NCBI RefSeq assembly: GCF_001194135.2 | Contig: NC_069003.1 | Coordinates: 15,913,022 to 15,977,021, forward strand | Direction: 5' to 3' | Origin: Octopus bimaculoides | Lineage: Eukaryota | Length of the DNA: 64,000 nucleotides | Shown here: positions 52,330 through 64,000 of the stretch, piece after piece | Position numbering within the stretch: position 1 is the stretch's first letter | How the letters are laid out: each line of letters begins with the position of its first letter | Position numbers and translations under genes: made by a program | The notes under the pieces: generated by a model | Told to the model about the DNA's origin: nothing | Databases searched by the model: none | The model's input: only the letters and a program-made list of their open reading frames with translations

Positions 52330-52610
52330 CAGAATATCAGCTGTTGTTATACACTGCTGGTCACAATGCACTTTCGCCCATTGTTGTATCTTTAAAATGA
52401 TGCCACCACGCTGCCTAGGTGAACAGGCCAACATCCCCACTGAAAGGAATACCAGCCCATTGCAGCTTACCTATTTACAGCTGAGAGACCTGGAGCAACC
52501 TGAAATATAGTGCTGTTTTGATGAAAATAACGCACAACCAGTCTGGGAAACGAAACCACGATCGCAAGACTGCAGGTAAAACGCTGTAACCACTAGGCCA
52601 CGCGCGTTCA
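52330..52610 (-). mobile_element. SINE group C
   Basis: Reverse complement of the group C head, core and tail. Confidence 0.7.
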
Positions 52611-53089
52611 CAAGCTAACCAGGTGGACAGACAGACAGACAGATACGTTTAAAAGGGTTTGCAAAATATTTGATACTGTCACACTATAAGAGAACAGATT
52701 TTCTACCTCATACCACATGTGTTTAAAACGAAAGCATTTCCTCACACAATAGGAAAACTTCATTCTAAAACGTTCGTGTCATTCTGTTTTCCCAAGATAT
52801 TATTTGAAATAGCTAATAACATCTAAAGAAATTTTNNNNNNNNNNNNNNNNNNNNNNNNNNNNNNNNNNNNNNNNNNNNNNNNNNNNNNNNNNNNNNNNN
52901 NNNNNNNNNNNNNNNNNNNNNNNNNNNNNNNNNNNNNNNNNNNNNNNNNNNNNNNNNNNNNNNNNNNNNNNNNNNNNNNNNNNNNNNNNNNNNNNNNNNN
53001 NNNNNNNNNNNNNNNNNNNNNNNNNNNNNNNNNNNNNNNNNNNNNNNNNNTATATATTTTCTCCGTGTTTTTCTCCTTGTCTCCGTATT

Positions 53090-53124
53090 CTTTCTGTTGA
53101 AGAGCGTAGCTCGAAACGTCAAAG
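53090..53124 (+). ncRNA. Ultra-short hammerhead-like motif with A6U core variant
   Basis: CUUU-CUGUUGA-A-GAGC-gua-GCUC-GAA-ACGU-C-AAAG. All three stems are perfect; the core reads CUGUUGA instead of CUGANGA. Confidence 0.55.
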
Positions 53125-53590
53125 ACTTTCCGTATTCCCGAGCGTCATACTAATATATACTTTTGTTATTTACACCACCTGTCCTCGTCTGTTGTTATTT
53201 TTTGTATAATCTCCCATATATATATATTTGGGCGGAGGAGTGTGCGTGTGTGGATATACGGATATATAGAAATGTGTAAAAAGTAATTATAGGAGTCGTA
53301 TAACAATGAATTTTTCAATGCGTTTCTATTCGTAATGGCGGCTGTCGGCCCGAAATAATCAGTTAAGGAAATGGAATTTAAGGTTTTTCTTACAGCATAT
53401 ATGTGTGCATACGTGTATGTATGCCTATGTGTATGTATATGAATGTGTGTGCGTGTGCGTGCGTGTTATTCGTCCTATTCAGAAGGTGGTATTATATGTT
53501 ATTTGAAAAGTAATTTTCAAGTGATAATTATTATTGTTTTGCTGTCTTATAACATGAACTCTCTTAGTGTCCGTTAAGCTTTGATATAAG

Positions 53591-53646
<56 letters not shown>

Positions 53647-53659
53647 TGTACACAGCAGA

Positions 53660-53820
53660 GGTGCAGGCGTGGCTATGTGGTAAGAAGTTTACTTCCCAAC
53701 CACATGGTTCCAGGTTCTTTCCTACTGAGTTGCACCTTAAGCAAGTGTCCTCTACTATAGCCTCGGTCTGACCAAAGCCTTGTGAGTGGATTTAGTAGAT
53801 GGAAACTGAAAGAAGCCCAT
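53660..53820 (+). mobile_element. SINE group A head
   Basis: Same consensus as above. Confidence 0.85.
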
Positions 53821-54829
53821 ACGTGTGTGTGCGTGTGTGTGAGTGCGTGTGTGTATGTGTGTGTGTGTTTGTACCCATATTTGTATGTAGAAATAAATGT
53901 AGAGATAAGCAAGTTAGACAGACCAATATATACAATTTTATATCAATACACGAAATACAAGAAATGTATATAAAAAATGTATATATGTTTACATACAAAA
54001 ATGGTCTGACTTACACTGAATACAACTGAAATAGAGGATTAAATGCGTTGAAGAAAAGTATTACAAATCCAGCAGCTGTTTCTGGTGGCTCGGCGGTCCA
54101 AAATAACGTTTGTAGATTGATTCCATCGTCAGATGAGACGAGTCTCCGTCTTCAAGGAAGAGCTCTTGCATTTGATATGTTAAAGGAAAGAAGTTCAAAG
54201 ATAGAATGATTTTGTGGAGAGTTAAGTGTATTAGATGGGGGGAATTGGGGAGATATTCAGATAGGGAATAGTGAGAGGAGAAAGTAAATATCAGGAGTGA
54301 GGGGTTAATAATAGGGTGTTATGGTAGTTGAGGTGAACAGTAGGAGGGAGGGTGTTGTATGTAGTATGTGAATAGTAGTCTATTGTGTTAGTTTGTATGG
54401 AGGGTATCGAATTAATGGCTGAGATAGTGAGAAAGGCAATGGCCATGAGCACTACGAAGTGAATTCTATATGGAGGATATCTAATTCTCATATATGAACT
54501 ACATATTTGGGATATTTGGGATATTTGGGATATACCTATATTTATGTATGTGTGTACATATATCTGTAGCTATATATGTTTGTATGTATGAAAATATATA
54601 TTTGGGTAGGTAGATATCTGAAAACGTTGAAAGGGGAAACAGTTGGAGAATGGTAGACAATTCACAGTTCAAATCTTGCAGAGGTTAACCTTTACATATT
54701 AACCTCCAGGGCTTGATACTGATTAGCAGTAAGTCCATTACATTTTTTGTGATAACATAAGTACCTCTCATGTATAGGGGCTGGGAAACAAACTTCGCAC
54801 CACACAGCCACGCTTGCGCCTATTTAAAA

Positions 54830-54985
54830 GTGTGCTCCTTTGAGTCCTTTTAAGCTCCGAGTTTACTTTCTTTTGCATCCCTTTATGATTCGAGTTTACT
54901 TTGCCTTTCATCTCTCCGGGCCTCCATAAATTGAGTAACCAATTTAATACTGAGATTCATTCTATCAAAATTTGTGCCTAAAGCA
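54830..54985 (+). mobile_element. SINE group B, diverged
   Basis: CGAGTTTACTTTGCCTTTCATC block. Confidence 0.45.
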
Positions 54986-55236
54986 GAAAGCTCTGTTGTT
55001 TTTGTTGTTGTCATCGTCGACGTTATTGTTAGTTTATTGTTATCGTTGTGTAGTTATTTTTGTTGGTGTTAGTGTCGTTATTGCTGTTTTTTCTTGGTCT
55101 TCGTTGACTTCTTGTTCTACTTACTTCCAAATCATTCCTCTCTTTTTCTCTAATGATGCTGTCCAATTATATCGCAATTATATATCTACCAATTGAAACT
55201 CATTGTTTTTCTCTCTCTCTCTCTCTTTGTCTTCAG

Positions 55237-55397
55237 GATGCGTCTGTATTTATCTTTGAGAAACGTGTTGCCGACAAACTGCACAAGCCACGGCGTCGAG
55301 AAACAGTTGCAGAAATACTGCGAAAGGAGGTGCACCAACTGCAAAGAATAAAGCATCCCAAAATTCTGCAAGTGTTCCATACTCTGGAAGAATGCCA
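55237..55397 (+). CDS. SCYL2: Internal coding exon of an SCY1-like pseudokinase (SCYL2-like), N-terminal kinase lobe
   Basis: Polypyrimidine tract and CTTCAG acceptor end at 55236; donor CA|GTGAGT at 55398. Translation DASVFIFEKRVADKLHKPRRRETVAEILRKEVHQLQRIKHPKILQVFHTLEEC matches the SCYL2-family pattern (AVFVFDKK...LKRGVQQLTRLRHPRLLTVQHPLEES, recalled from vertebrate SCYL2). Phase 0 start, phase 2 end. Orthologue versus paralogue is not resolved. Confidence 0.8.
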
Positions 55398-55447
55398 GTG
55401 AGTAGTGTCACACCTCAGTTACAATTTTATCTCCTATTTTCTCTTGA

Positions 55448-55492
<45 letters not shown>

Positions 55493-56266
55493 TAATATAT
55501 GCTTTCAGTTGAAAATCCATATTTGTGAAGCTAAAGATAGCGCTGTGTTTAAATTGACGTAATAATTGCATTGTTCAATTAAATGGATCCGCTTGATACG
55601 GTCGTACTGCATTACTACTTGACATCTTGTTGCTTATTTTGATTTTATTCACCTTACTTCGAGCTGTGCGGATAATACCGGACTGACTTGGAGCTTCAAC
55701 TTAAATACCTAATTCAAGTGAATTAGGTATATATAAAACTCTAGATCTGCACGTACATGTAGGTCATTCGCAAAACTGTTAAACCAAGACAGGCTCTCTC
55801 AACTTCTTAGAATGCCCAGAAAAATCACAATATGCCAATAAAAGTATGTCGAAATGGTACATTTGTGATCAGATATCGAAATCAGGACAATTTCTTCCAG
55901 ACTTAAACGATCTAGAAGATGCAGAAAATATTGGTCTTGAAAGCGTTACATCCATTTTTGTTGCGCACGTAACACCAAGTAAATGAGAATTGTGATCACA
56001 GACATTTTTCTCCAGCAAATTAATTAGCATTTTTTGAAATTTCAATGTCAGTGTAAATAAGCACCATGGGGTTTTTAATGCTACTCTGGAGAAATTCAGA
56101 AGAACGAGAAGTTTATATTTTTTGGCGCAAAAAGTTTTGTGCAGTGTCACGTACGTCACACATTTTTGGATTGCCCTCTTAAAAAATTAATCATACATTC
56201 CATATGAAAAAATATTTTTGTTTAATACTTGCCTGGATAGTCAAACTTTACTGTTAAAACAAAAAT

Positions 56267-56367
56267 GAGACATAAATTATGAAATAATAGACAGAGACAT
56301 AAATTATGAAATAATAGACAGAGACATAAATTATGAAATAATAGACAGAGACATAAATTATGAAATA
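56267..56367. repeat. 27-bp minisatellite, 3.7 perfect copies
   Basis: GAGACATAAATTATGAAATAATAGACA. Confidence 0.95.
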
Positions 56368-56704
56368 TCTACGCTGAAAATATTGAACAAGAATTGGATT
56401 GAAATACAATTCTTGTTCAACATCNNNNNNNNNNNNNNNNNNNNNNNNNNNNNNNNNNNNNNNNNNNNNNNNNNNNNNNNNNNNNNNNNNNNNNNNNNNN
56501 NNNNNNNNNNNNNNNNNNNNNNNNNNNNNNNNNNNNNNNNNNNNNNNNNNNNNNNNNNNNNNNNNNNNNNNNNNNNNNNNNNNNNNNNNNNNNNNNNNNN
56601 NNNNNNNNNNNNNNNNNNNNNNNNNNNNNNNNNNNNNNNNNNNNNNNNNNNNNNNNNNNNNNNNNNNNNNNNNNNNNNNNNNNNNNNNNNNNNNNNNNNN
56701 NNNN

Positions 56705-56760
<56 letters not shown>

Positions 56761-57061
56761 GAAAAGAAGAAGACAAAGAAAATTCTTTAACACAACTTTA
56801 ATTATGTTACATTTGTTTCCGTATCATCTCTATTTGCAACACCAGTTTACGCAAAAATTCTAAATAGAAGTTCAAGTAATGTTTGCGGTTTCGAGAGGCT
56901 CTTCTTCAGCCTTGCATCAAAGGTACGTTGTTACATTGTCTTGATCACAACTGTCCGACGAACGGGAACGTGAACCTCTGAGTAAAAGTTTTATTTTTTG
57001 TGATGTTTTTACAGCTTTAAAAAAAAGTATATATATATATATATACACATATATATTTATA

Positions 57062-57445
57062 GGCGCAGGAGTAGTTGTGTGGTAAGTAGCTTGTTTACCA
57101 ACCACATGGTGCTGGGTTCAGTCACAGTACGTGGCACCTTGGGCAAATGTCTTCTACTGTAGCCTCGAGGCGACCAAAGCCTTGTGAGTGGATTTGGTAG
57201 ACGGAAGCTGAAAGTCCGTCGTATGTATGTATATGTGTGTGTGTATATATGTATGTGTGTGTATATGTTTGTGTCTGTGTTTGCTCCCTCCCCAAACATC
57301 GCTTGACAACCGATGCTGGTGCGTTTGCGTCACAGCAACTTAGCGGTTCGGTAAAAGAGACCGATAGAATAAGTACTAGGCTTACAAAGAATAAGTCCTG
57401 GGGTCGACTGCATGGCTGCAGTTAAAATGACTGAAACAAGTAAAG
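57062..57445 (+). mobile_element. tRNA-derived SINE group A, full length (head + internal microsatellite + tail)
   Basis: A-box-like GTGTGGTAAG and B-box-like GGTTCAGTC, body ...GGAAGCTGAAAGTCCGTCG, (TG/TA)n, tail ...GACTGAAACAAGTAAA. Confidence 0.85.
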
Positions 57446-58356
57446 GGCCATCGGTATTTGAATAGCAAACACAATAAAGGTAAGACAAACATCATGCAAC
57501 AAAAATAGTTGATTTATTTTTATTAAAATTATCATCGCCTCTGGAGAATGTATCATAATTACCAAATGGCATTTAAGACCAGCTTCGTATGAGAAAGGGA
57601 GAAAATCCCGATTCAAGAATTTTCCAGAACTAAAATGCCATTGAGGAAAAGGACAGACTTATCTGAAGATACTAGGACAGTTGTAGACATGCGTTTCTTA
57701 TTCAACAGCCGTCTTCAGCACGGCAATTGTCCAAAGGACTTACACATATACATAACAGTGAAGAAAACATTTATAGTCTAGGCAATTTCTTTAATTTAAA
57801 CAAAAATGTGAAATACCATACTACATACATTCTTGATTTATAAAAACTATCTCCGTCCGCATCTATGGGATGCATTATAATTACCGAAAGGCAATTATGA
57901 TTAGTTTCAGTTGAAAAGGGGAGATAATCTCGAAATTGAAGATTACTCCAAAACTGACATACCGTTAAAGAATATGACATGCTTCAGTGTGTACGCATGC
58001 GCGCACGCAAGTATCTGTAACATATGTACGTGTATAAATCTATGTGTAAGTGTATGCGTATGTATCTGTATGCGTCTGTATGTATCTGTCTGTGTACGTG
58101 TATTAGGTGGTTGTTTGTGTAATCCTGTGTGTGTCTGTATCGGTATACATGTATGAGTGCTTGTGTGGGTATTTGTGTATGTAATTATGTGTGTGAGTAT
58201 GTATGTAACTCTGAGTGTTTATGTACATGTATGCTTATGTGTATGTGTGTAACCCTGCATGTTCGTACATGCATGCATGTATACGTGTGTATGTGACAAT
58301 GAGTAAATGTGTTCATTTATATAAAAATATATATTTGTATGGGAGTGTAACAGTAC

Positions 58357-58428
<72 letters not shown>

Positions 58429-59144
58429 ATGCATGTATAAGTACGTCATTGCGTACGCTCGTGTCCGTGCCTGTGTATCTGCATGTGCATACATGCATCT
58501 GTAGATATGTATGTGAACTTGTGTGAGTATGTATGTGTATATAACTCTATGTAAATGTGTGTGTGTGTGCGTGTGTGCGTGCATTTAAGTATGCTTGTTT
58601 GTGTGTGTGTTTGTGTGTGTATTCTTGTTGATGATGGAAGGAGGAGGTCGTAATAAATCAAAGTTTAATTAAATTAATTACAGAAGTAATTAATGAGGCA
58701 TGACTTCTTTAGAATTTCTATTTTACAAAGGTAAATATTTATTTTTTTATATATCATATTTATTGTTTATCATAAGTATTTTTCTTTTTGGTGTCGGGTC
58801 GGGATTTCTTTTTGCGTGGAATCTCCACTTTTTTCCCATTATTCATTCAGTCCCACATTGATGATGACGATGATGGTGATGATGATGGGTGGTGTTGGTG
58901 ATTTGGGTGTTGGTGGCCGTCGTGGTGGTGGTGGTGATGATGATGATGATAACGGTAACGACGATGTAGGGGGTAATAAGGAGGAAGAGCAGGATAACGA
59001 CGGCGACGGCGATGATAATGACGATGATGATGATACGGATTTTTAACATCATGTCTAAATAGAAATGATTTCTGTGAAATATTTAGTGTTAGATCGGCCA
59101 TCTTGGTCAGAGATTAGAGAAACGAGCGCAATAACTGACAGGGA

Positions 59145-59990
59145 TACAGGGCGTTATAAAAAACAAATGAAAACACCCTCTCCCATCTAAAAGTAAAAGT
59201 ATTTGAAAAAATCAAAAACTATCAACTAGATTAAGGCTGAGAGATAAGAGTTGACTCAAAGTAGTCACCTTCAACATCCATCACGGATTTAAGACGGCTC
59301 CACAACTCGCTTATGCCGTTCTCACTCTATCTCTAGGAAGATCTTCGAACACCTCCTTCATCACAGTCACCCAAATAAGTCTTGATGTTGCAGGCAGAGC
59401 GGTTGGTGTCTTTCTCAACCGTTCCCCACACATAATGGTCGATGGATATAGGATTGAGGGAATTACAAGGTGAAATCGTATAAATCCAATGACAACCACT
59501 TCTGCCTGTTTATGAAGGTATGGCAAGGAGCCGAATCCTGTTGCCACGCATATGGCCCTCCAGCAGCAATTATTTTCAGCCAGGGCTTGACCACAGTCTC
59601 CAGCAGTTTCCCATAGCCGACTGAATTGAGCCTGTTCAAAGCTGCGGGGATGGATTCCCGCGTGTGAATGCAGTCAGAACGCCTGTTGTGCTCCTTCATG
59701 CTAACCACGGCTTCATAGTCTGTTGAAGTTGTCCATATCACATATTACAGTCTTTACAGTGATCACAGAGCATTGAGAAGAGGCCATGATGTCGGTATTT
59801 CCATATGCGACCGCGAACCATCATAATACAGGTAACACTTATCCAATATTCGGATGGCTTCCAGTCCTCCACGTTAGCTAACTACAATTTTATTCTTCAT
59901 GCTCTCCAATGAGGTTGCATGTTCACCAATACATCAAACTTTTCTCGAAAAAAGGAAATCAATCGTTAAGTTTAGCCCGAATGCCCTGTA
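59145..59990 (-). mobile_element. Tc1/mariner superfamily (maT/DD37D-like) transposon with internal deletion
   Basis: TA-CAGGGC...GCCCTG-TA ends; minus strand MEDWKPSEYW..., then LETVVKPWL...WQQDSAPCHT...DHYVWG...GDYFE. Catalytic spacing cannot be counted because of deletions. Confidence 0.75.
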
Positions 59991-60789
59991 TATAGAGTTA
60001 GTTGTCTTTAAAGTGTCGGGCAAAATACCAGATGGTACTTGTTCTCACACTCGATCCTGTGTGTTCAAATCATCTGACGCCAACTTTACCGTCCACCCGT
60101 TCAAGCTACATAAGATGAATATCTAACAAAGGGTGGTGCAGAAACGTATCTATAAGAACATAAGATGAAACGCCTGTATGTGGTTGTGTGTTTCTGCATA
60201 CGCTTTTGTGTGTGTGTGTGTGTGTGTGGGTGTGTCAGTGCCTTTGTGCGTGTTTGAGTTTATGTTTGTATGTGCCTGTCTTTGTATGTCAGTATGCCTC
60301 TATGTGTTTGTCCGCCTGTGTGTGTATGCCTTTGTGTGTGATTGTGTGTGTGATTGTGTGTATGCTTGTGTGTATGCCTGTGTGTATGCCAGGGTATGTG
60401 TATGGCTGTGTGCATATACCTCTGTATGTGTGAGTACGCGCGCGTGTGTGTGTTGGATCCATCTCTTCGGATCTGCAGCAACGAAGCCACATCATACAAT
60501 AGGTCACGAATGGGAACTGAAGGACTAAGACAAGCCAAGATATTGATTGACTCGTTAACCCATTAATCAAACGAGCGATTACTTAATTGGTTAATTAAAC
60601 AGTTAATTAGTTCACTAATATGACTCAAAGGTGAGACAGAAACAGTGGAAGTGTTAAAAAAATCACTATTGAAAAAATCACTCTTTCAAAATACAACAGC
60701 ATATATGTGAATGCTGGTATGTTTGCAATCAGAGGTCACGGCCATACTGGGGCACCACCTTCAGTGCGATTCGTTTTTATTTTATACCC

Positions 60790-61000
60790 AATTCAAAGTT
60801 TCATCGCCGGAGTAGCGTAATGAGTCCGAGAGCGTTGCCTTTCTTTGTATTTCCTGCCGTGTTGTGGCTTCATCAGGTACCTCAAGTAAAAAGTTGTCCA
60901 AGCGTGTGTTGAAAACATCCACATCTACGCCTCGCAAATCTCGGAGGCGTTTTTGGCAGAGTGTTAAACGTTGTAGGCCCTTAAAACCTAAGCTGTTACA
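60790..61000 (-). mobile_element. CR1/L2-group LINE RT C-terminal relic
   Basis: NSLGFKG..LF N.LPKRLRDLRGVDVDVFNTRLDNFLLEVPDE-type C-terminal motif. Confidence 0.55.
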
Positions 61001-61399
61001 GTATTGGGTCCTTACTCTAGATGAAAAAACAATAGGCAAAACAGATGCAAAGTGAATTGTGACCAGCGATGTATAACATCCGATTGTCTTGTCGATCACG
61101 TAATATATATATATATCACGTGTGTGTGTGTGTGTATTTCTGTGTGCACGCATTTCTCTCTCTCTCTGTGGATAGATAGATAGATAGATATAACTTCAAT
61201 TTGAGTATTAACTTTATAGTTTGCTTCAGAAACCAGTCCATGGGTACCAGAGGAGTTGACATTTTCCTGCAATAGTATTGATGTGATGTATTGTTTCGTA
61301 TATTATATGATAATATTCCAGCAATAATTCTTCTGGTAAAGAGTTGATGAAACAATTGTAATACTATGCAATAAAATATGTTCCTCACTCAATTCTCGG

Positions 61400-61700
61400 C
61401 ACCTTGGACAAGTCTTCTATAGGCTTGGGCCAACCAAAGTCTTGGAAAGTGAAAGAATCCCGTTGTATACATATGTACATATATATATGCATGCGGGCAC
61501 GTGTGTGTATACCATCACCTCTTGACACCCAGCGCTGGTATATTTATATACCCGTAACTTAGCATTTCGGTAAAGGAGACCAATAGAATAAGTATCAGGC
61601 TTTATAAAAGTAAGTACTAGGGTCGATTCATTCGACTAAAAATTACTTAAGGTGGTGCACCAGCATGACCGCAGCCTAATGACTGAAACAAGTAAGAGAT
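61400..61700 (+). mobile_element. SINE group A, partial
   Basis: GGCACCTTGGACAAGTC head remnant and full tail. Confidence 0.7.
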
Positions 61701-61741
61701 ATTACAAATGACAAAGCTCCTTTCTTAGTCAAATATACCCC

Positions 61742-61948
61742 TAGGGTCGGTTGCCCGGTTTCTGAGGCGCATAATTGACCGAGATCACATTTCCACCCCT
61801 GATACCCACGAACGGAATGCCAGTCCGTCGCAGAGTTAATCATTTACAGCCGGGTGGACTCAAGCAACGTGAAATTTAGTGGTTTTCTCAAGACTACAGT
61901 GCATTGCTCGGTCCAGGAATCGAAACCGCTAAGCCATGCGCTTCCACT
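61742..61948 (-). mobile_element. SINE group C with a different tail
   Basis: Group C head and core plus a GCCAGTCCGTCGCAG-containing tail. Confidence 0.65.
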
Positions 61949-62104
61949 TGTGTGTGTGTGTGTGTGTGTGTGTGTACGTGCGTGTGTGTGTGTACGTGCG
62001 TGTGTGTGTGTGTACATACCCACGTGTATATGTATATNNNNNNNNNNNNNNNNNNNNNNNNNNNNNNNNNNNNNNNNNNNNNNNNNNNNNNNNNNNNNNN
62101 NNNN

Positions 62105-62141
<37 letters not shown>

Positions 62142-62719
62142 ATATATATTCACACATTCACAGAAACCTAATTGCGTTGCATTTTGCAATGGTCATTGGT
62201 CCATTAAAAGCAGAACTGATTATATTAACTGATTGTTTGTGAGAACGTTTCGCAACACGTTTTTAACCTTCTCAACGAGTTCTCCTTGACTTCTTCATGC
62301 CTCGGTGTCAGGTCTTTATATTAATGATGGTGATGGTGATGATGTGGTCTGACGATGTATATAAGCATGTGTGAGGATATGTTTGTGGTGTTCTTATGTA
62401 TTGTGTATATGTGCGTGAATTTTATGTGTATATACATATTTTACACAACTTCTGCACTTCTGTCAACTGTATTAAATTCATTTCAATTTACTGAGGTGGC
62501 AGAGAATGGCAGAGAATGGTAGAGAAGGCGGGGTAGGGTTGTCATTACCTTGTCTTTATTACAATATTTTATTTCTTCCATAAATCTCTATTTTCGGATT
62601 TTAGCTCTCTTCTTTTTCCCACTTGTATAAATGTATATACATGTGTGTGTGTATGTGTGTGTGTGTGTGTGGTTTAACTATACATACAGATAGATAGATG
62701 GACGGATGGATAGATAAAT

Positions 62720-62758
<39 letters not shown>

Positions 62759-63647
62759 AGACAGATAGACAGATAGACAGTGCTCATACGTGGACGTATT
62801 TCTGGTTGTACGTGACTCTCGCATTATGACAATCCAAAGCCTGGAGCCATTAAATAAATAGAAGATAGTATATACATATATATATATGCCCAGGAACACA
62901 CTAAATATTATTTTTAATTCAACAATATACGATATAATTAATGAGACCGAAAAATAATAAAGAATTATTAATTATCTTTCTGAAATATCTTCACACCATT
63001 ATAAAGTGTAATTGTAATCTCTATGCCTAGACTCTGTGTCTCTATCATTATATTTTCGGTGACATAATTAACAAAACAATAATAATTCTTCAGTTGAATC
63101 AATTGTTATGACTGTTTTGGCGATGGGTTTTAAGAATAATACAGTTCCACAGAACCAGATTAAATGCCTTCCAGTATTGACATACGACCCTTTTGAGTTT
63201 TTTTTTTTTCATATATATATATTCACGTTTTTTCAAATTCTGCCACATCGCCTTTGTCTCTCATCAATCGAGGATCGATGAAATACGTACATAACCGAAG
63301 TCGAGTGGACGACATCATCGATTATGACCTTTCCCAAAATGTCTGCCTCTAAACTTATTTTAGAAATCAATCATTGGTTTAGTAGAATCGTCAGTTCTTT
63401 GGAAGAATAAATTCTTTCTGGTATTTGTTCTGGCTCTCAACAGTTCAGAGTTCAAATACTGCCGAATTCAATTTGTCCTTCATTATTTCAAGATCACTTT
63501 TTTTTATTCTTCAATGGCTTCGACCACTGGGTTGTAAGCATACCAAAGTCTCTCTCACACATGGACAAAAATATAGACAAATATACAAATGATAATAATG
63601 TGGAAATGAGAAAATATAATTTATTTCAATAATGTATTTGTTATTAT

Positions 63648-64000
63648 TGGTTTCAAATTTCGGCACAAGGCCAGCAATTTCGAGGGAGGGTTTAAGCCGA
63701 CATAGGCACAAGCCCAGAAATTTAGGGAAGGATGTGGGGAATATTCGATTAAAATCCCCTATGTATGACTAGTATTTTATATTACTGGCTGCAGAATGAT
63801 GAAAGAGAAGATTGACCTCATCAAGATTCGAGCGTTCATGACTGTAACTACTACAGCAAGACATTTTATCAGACGCTCTATGAAAATGACAATTGTTTAG
63901 GTCATGAATTTTGAGGAAGGGTGTCGATCGTAACCAGTCCTTTAAATCGATCCCAGTGTTCAGTACTTTATCTTACCTATTATCGACCCCAATACTTTAT
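63648..64000 (-). mobile_element. Two diverged SINE group B copies
   Basis: GGCACAAGGCCAGCAATTT and GATCCCAGT...TATCGACCCC blocks. Confidence 0.55.

Noticed and set aside
53325-53365. ATGGCGGCTGTCGGCCCG as the gene's start exon
   Set aside because: Immediate in-frame stop (MAAVGPK*), no donor site and no SCYL-like sequence.
56267-56367. CRISPR-like array (also 7587-7641)
   Set aside because: Units are contiguous with no spacers, the context is eukaryotic, and no cas genes are present.
58816-59046. Acidic/Gly-rich ORF
   Set aside because: Low-complexity (GAT/GGT)n repeat.

Overview
Eukaryotic, AT-rich, very microsatellite-dense genomic DNA with about 20 N-gaps (roughly 5 kb), most of them bordered by microsatellites. 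The SINE and microsatellite landscape resembles an octopus genome; this is an inference and was not checked by database search. Almost all ORFs in the supplied track are artefacts of (CA)n/(TA)n/(TAA)n repeats or N-runs. Only one host coding exon is recognisable: a 161-bp internal exon of an SCY1-like pseudokinase (SCYL2-like) at 55237-55397 (+). The rest is non-coding, probably intronic or intergenic, and full of mobile DNA: three modular tRNA-derived SINE groups; an ~8.3-kb same-strand stack of R4/Dong-like (REL endonuclease) LINE fragments, mostly joined at (TAA)n; two mariner derivatives, one of them a head-to-head fold-back element; a maT-like transposon; a Helitron N-terminal relic; several MITE-like hairpins; and Penelope-type terminal-repeat relics. 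The most notable signals are several minimal hammerhead-ribozyme motifs of Penelope type (one core-intact, others with core or cleavage-site variants), the (TAA)n-linked retroelement stack with a non-coding passenger element, and many long inverted repeats able to form dsRNA. SINE and degenerate-element boundaries are approximate (about 10-20 bp).
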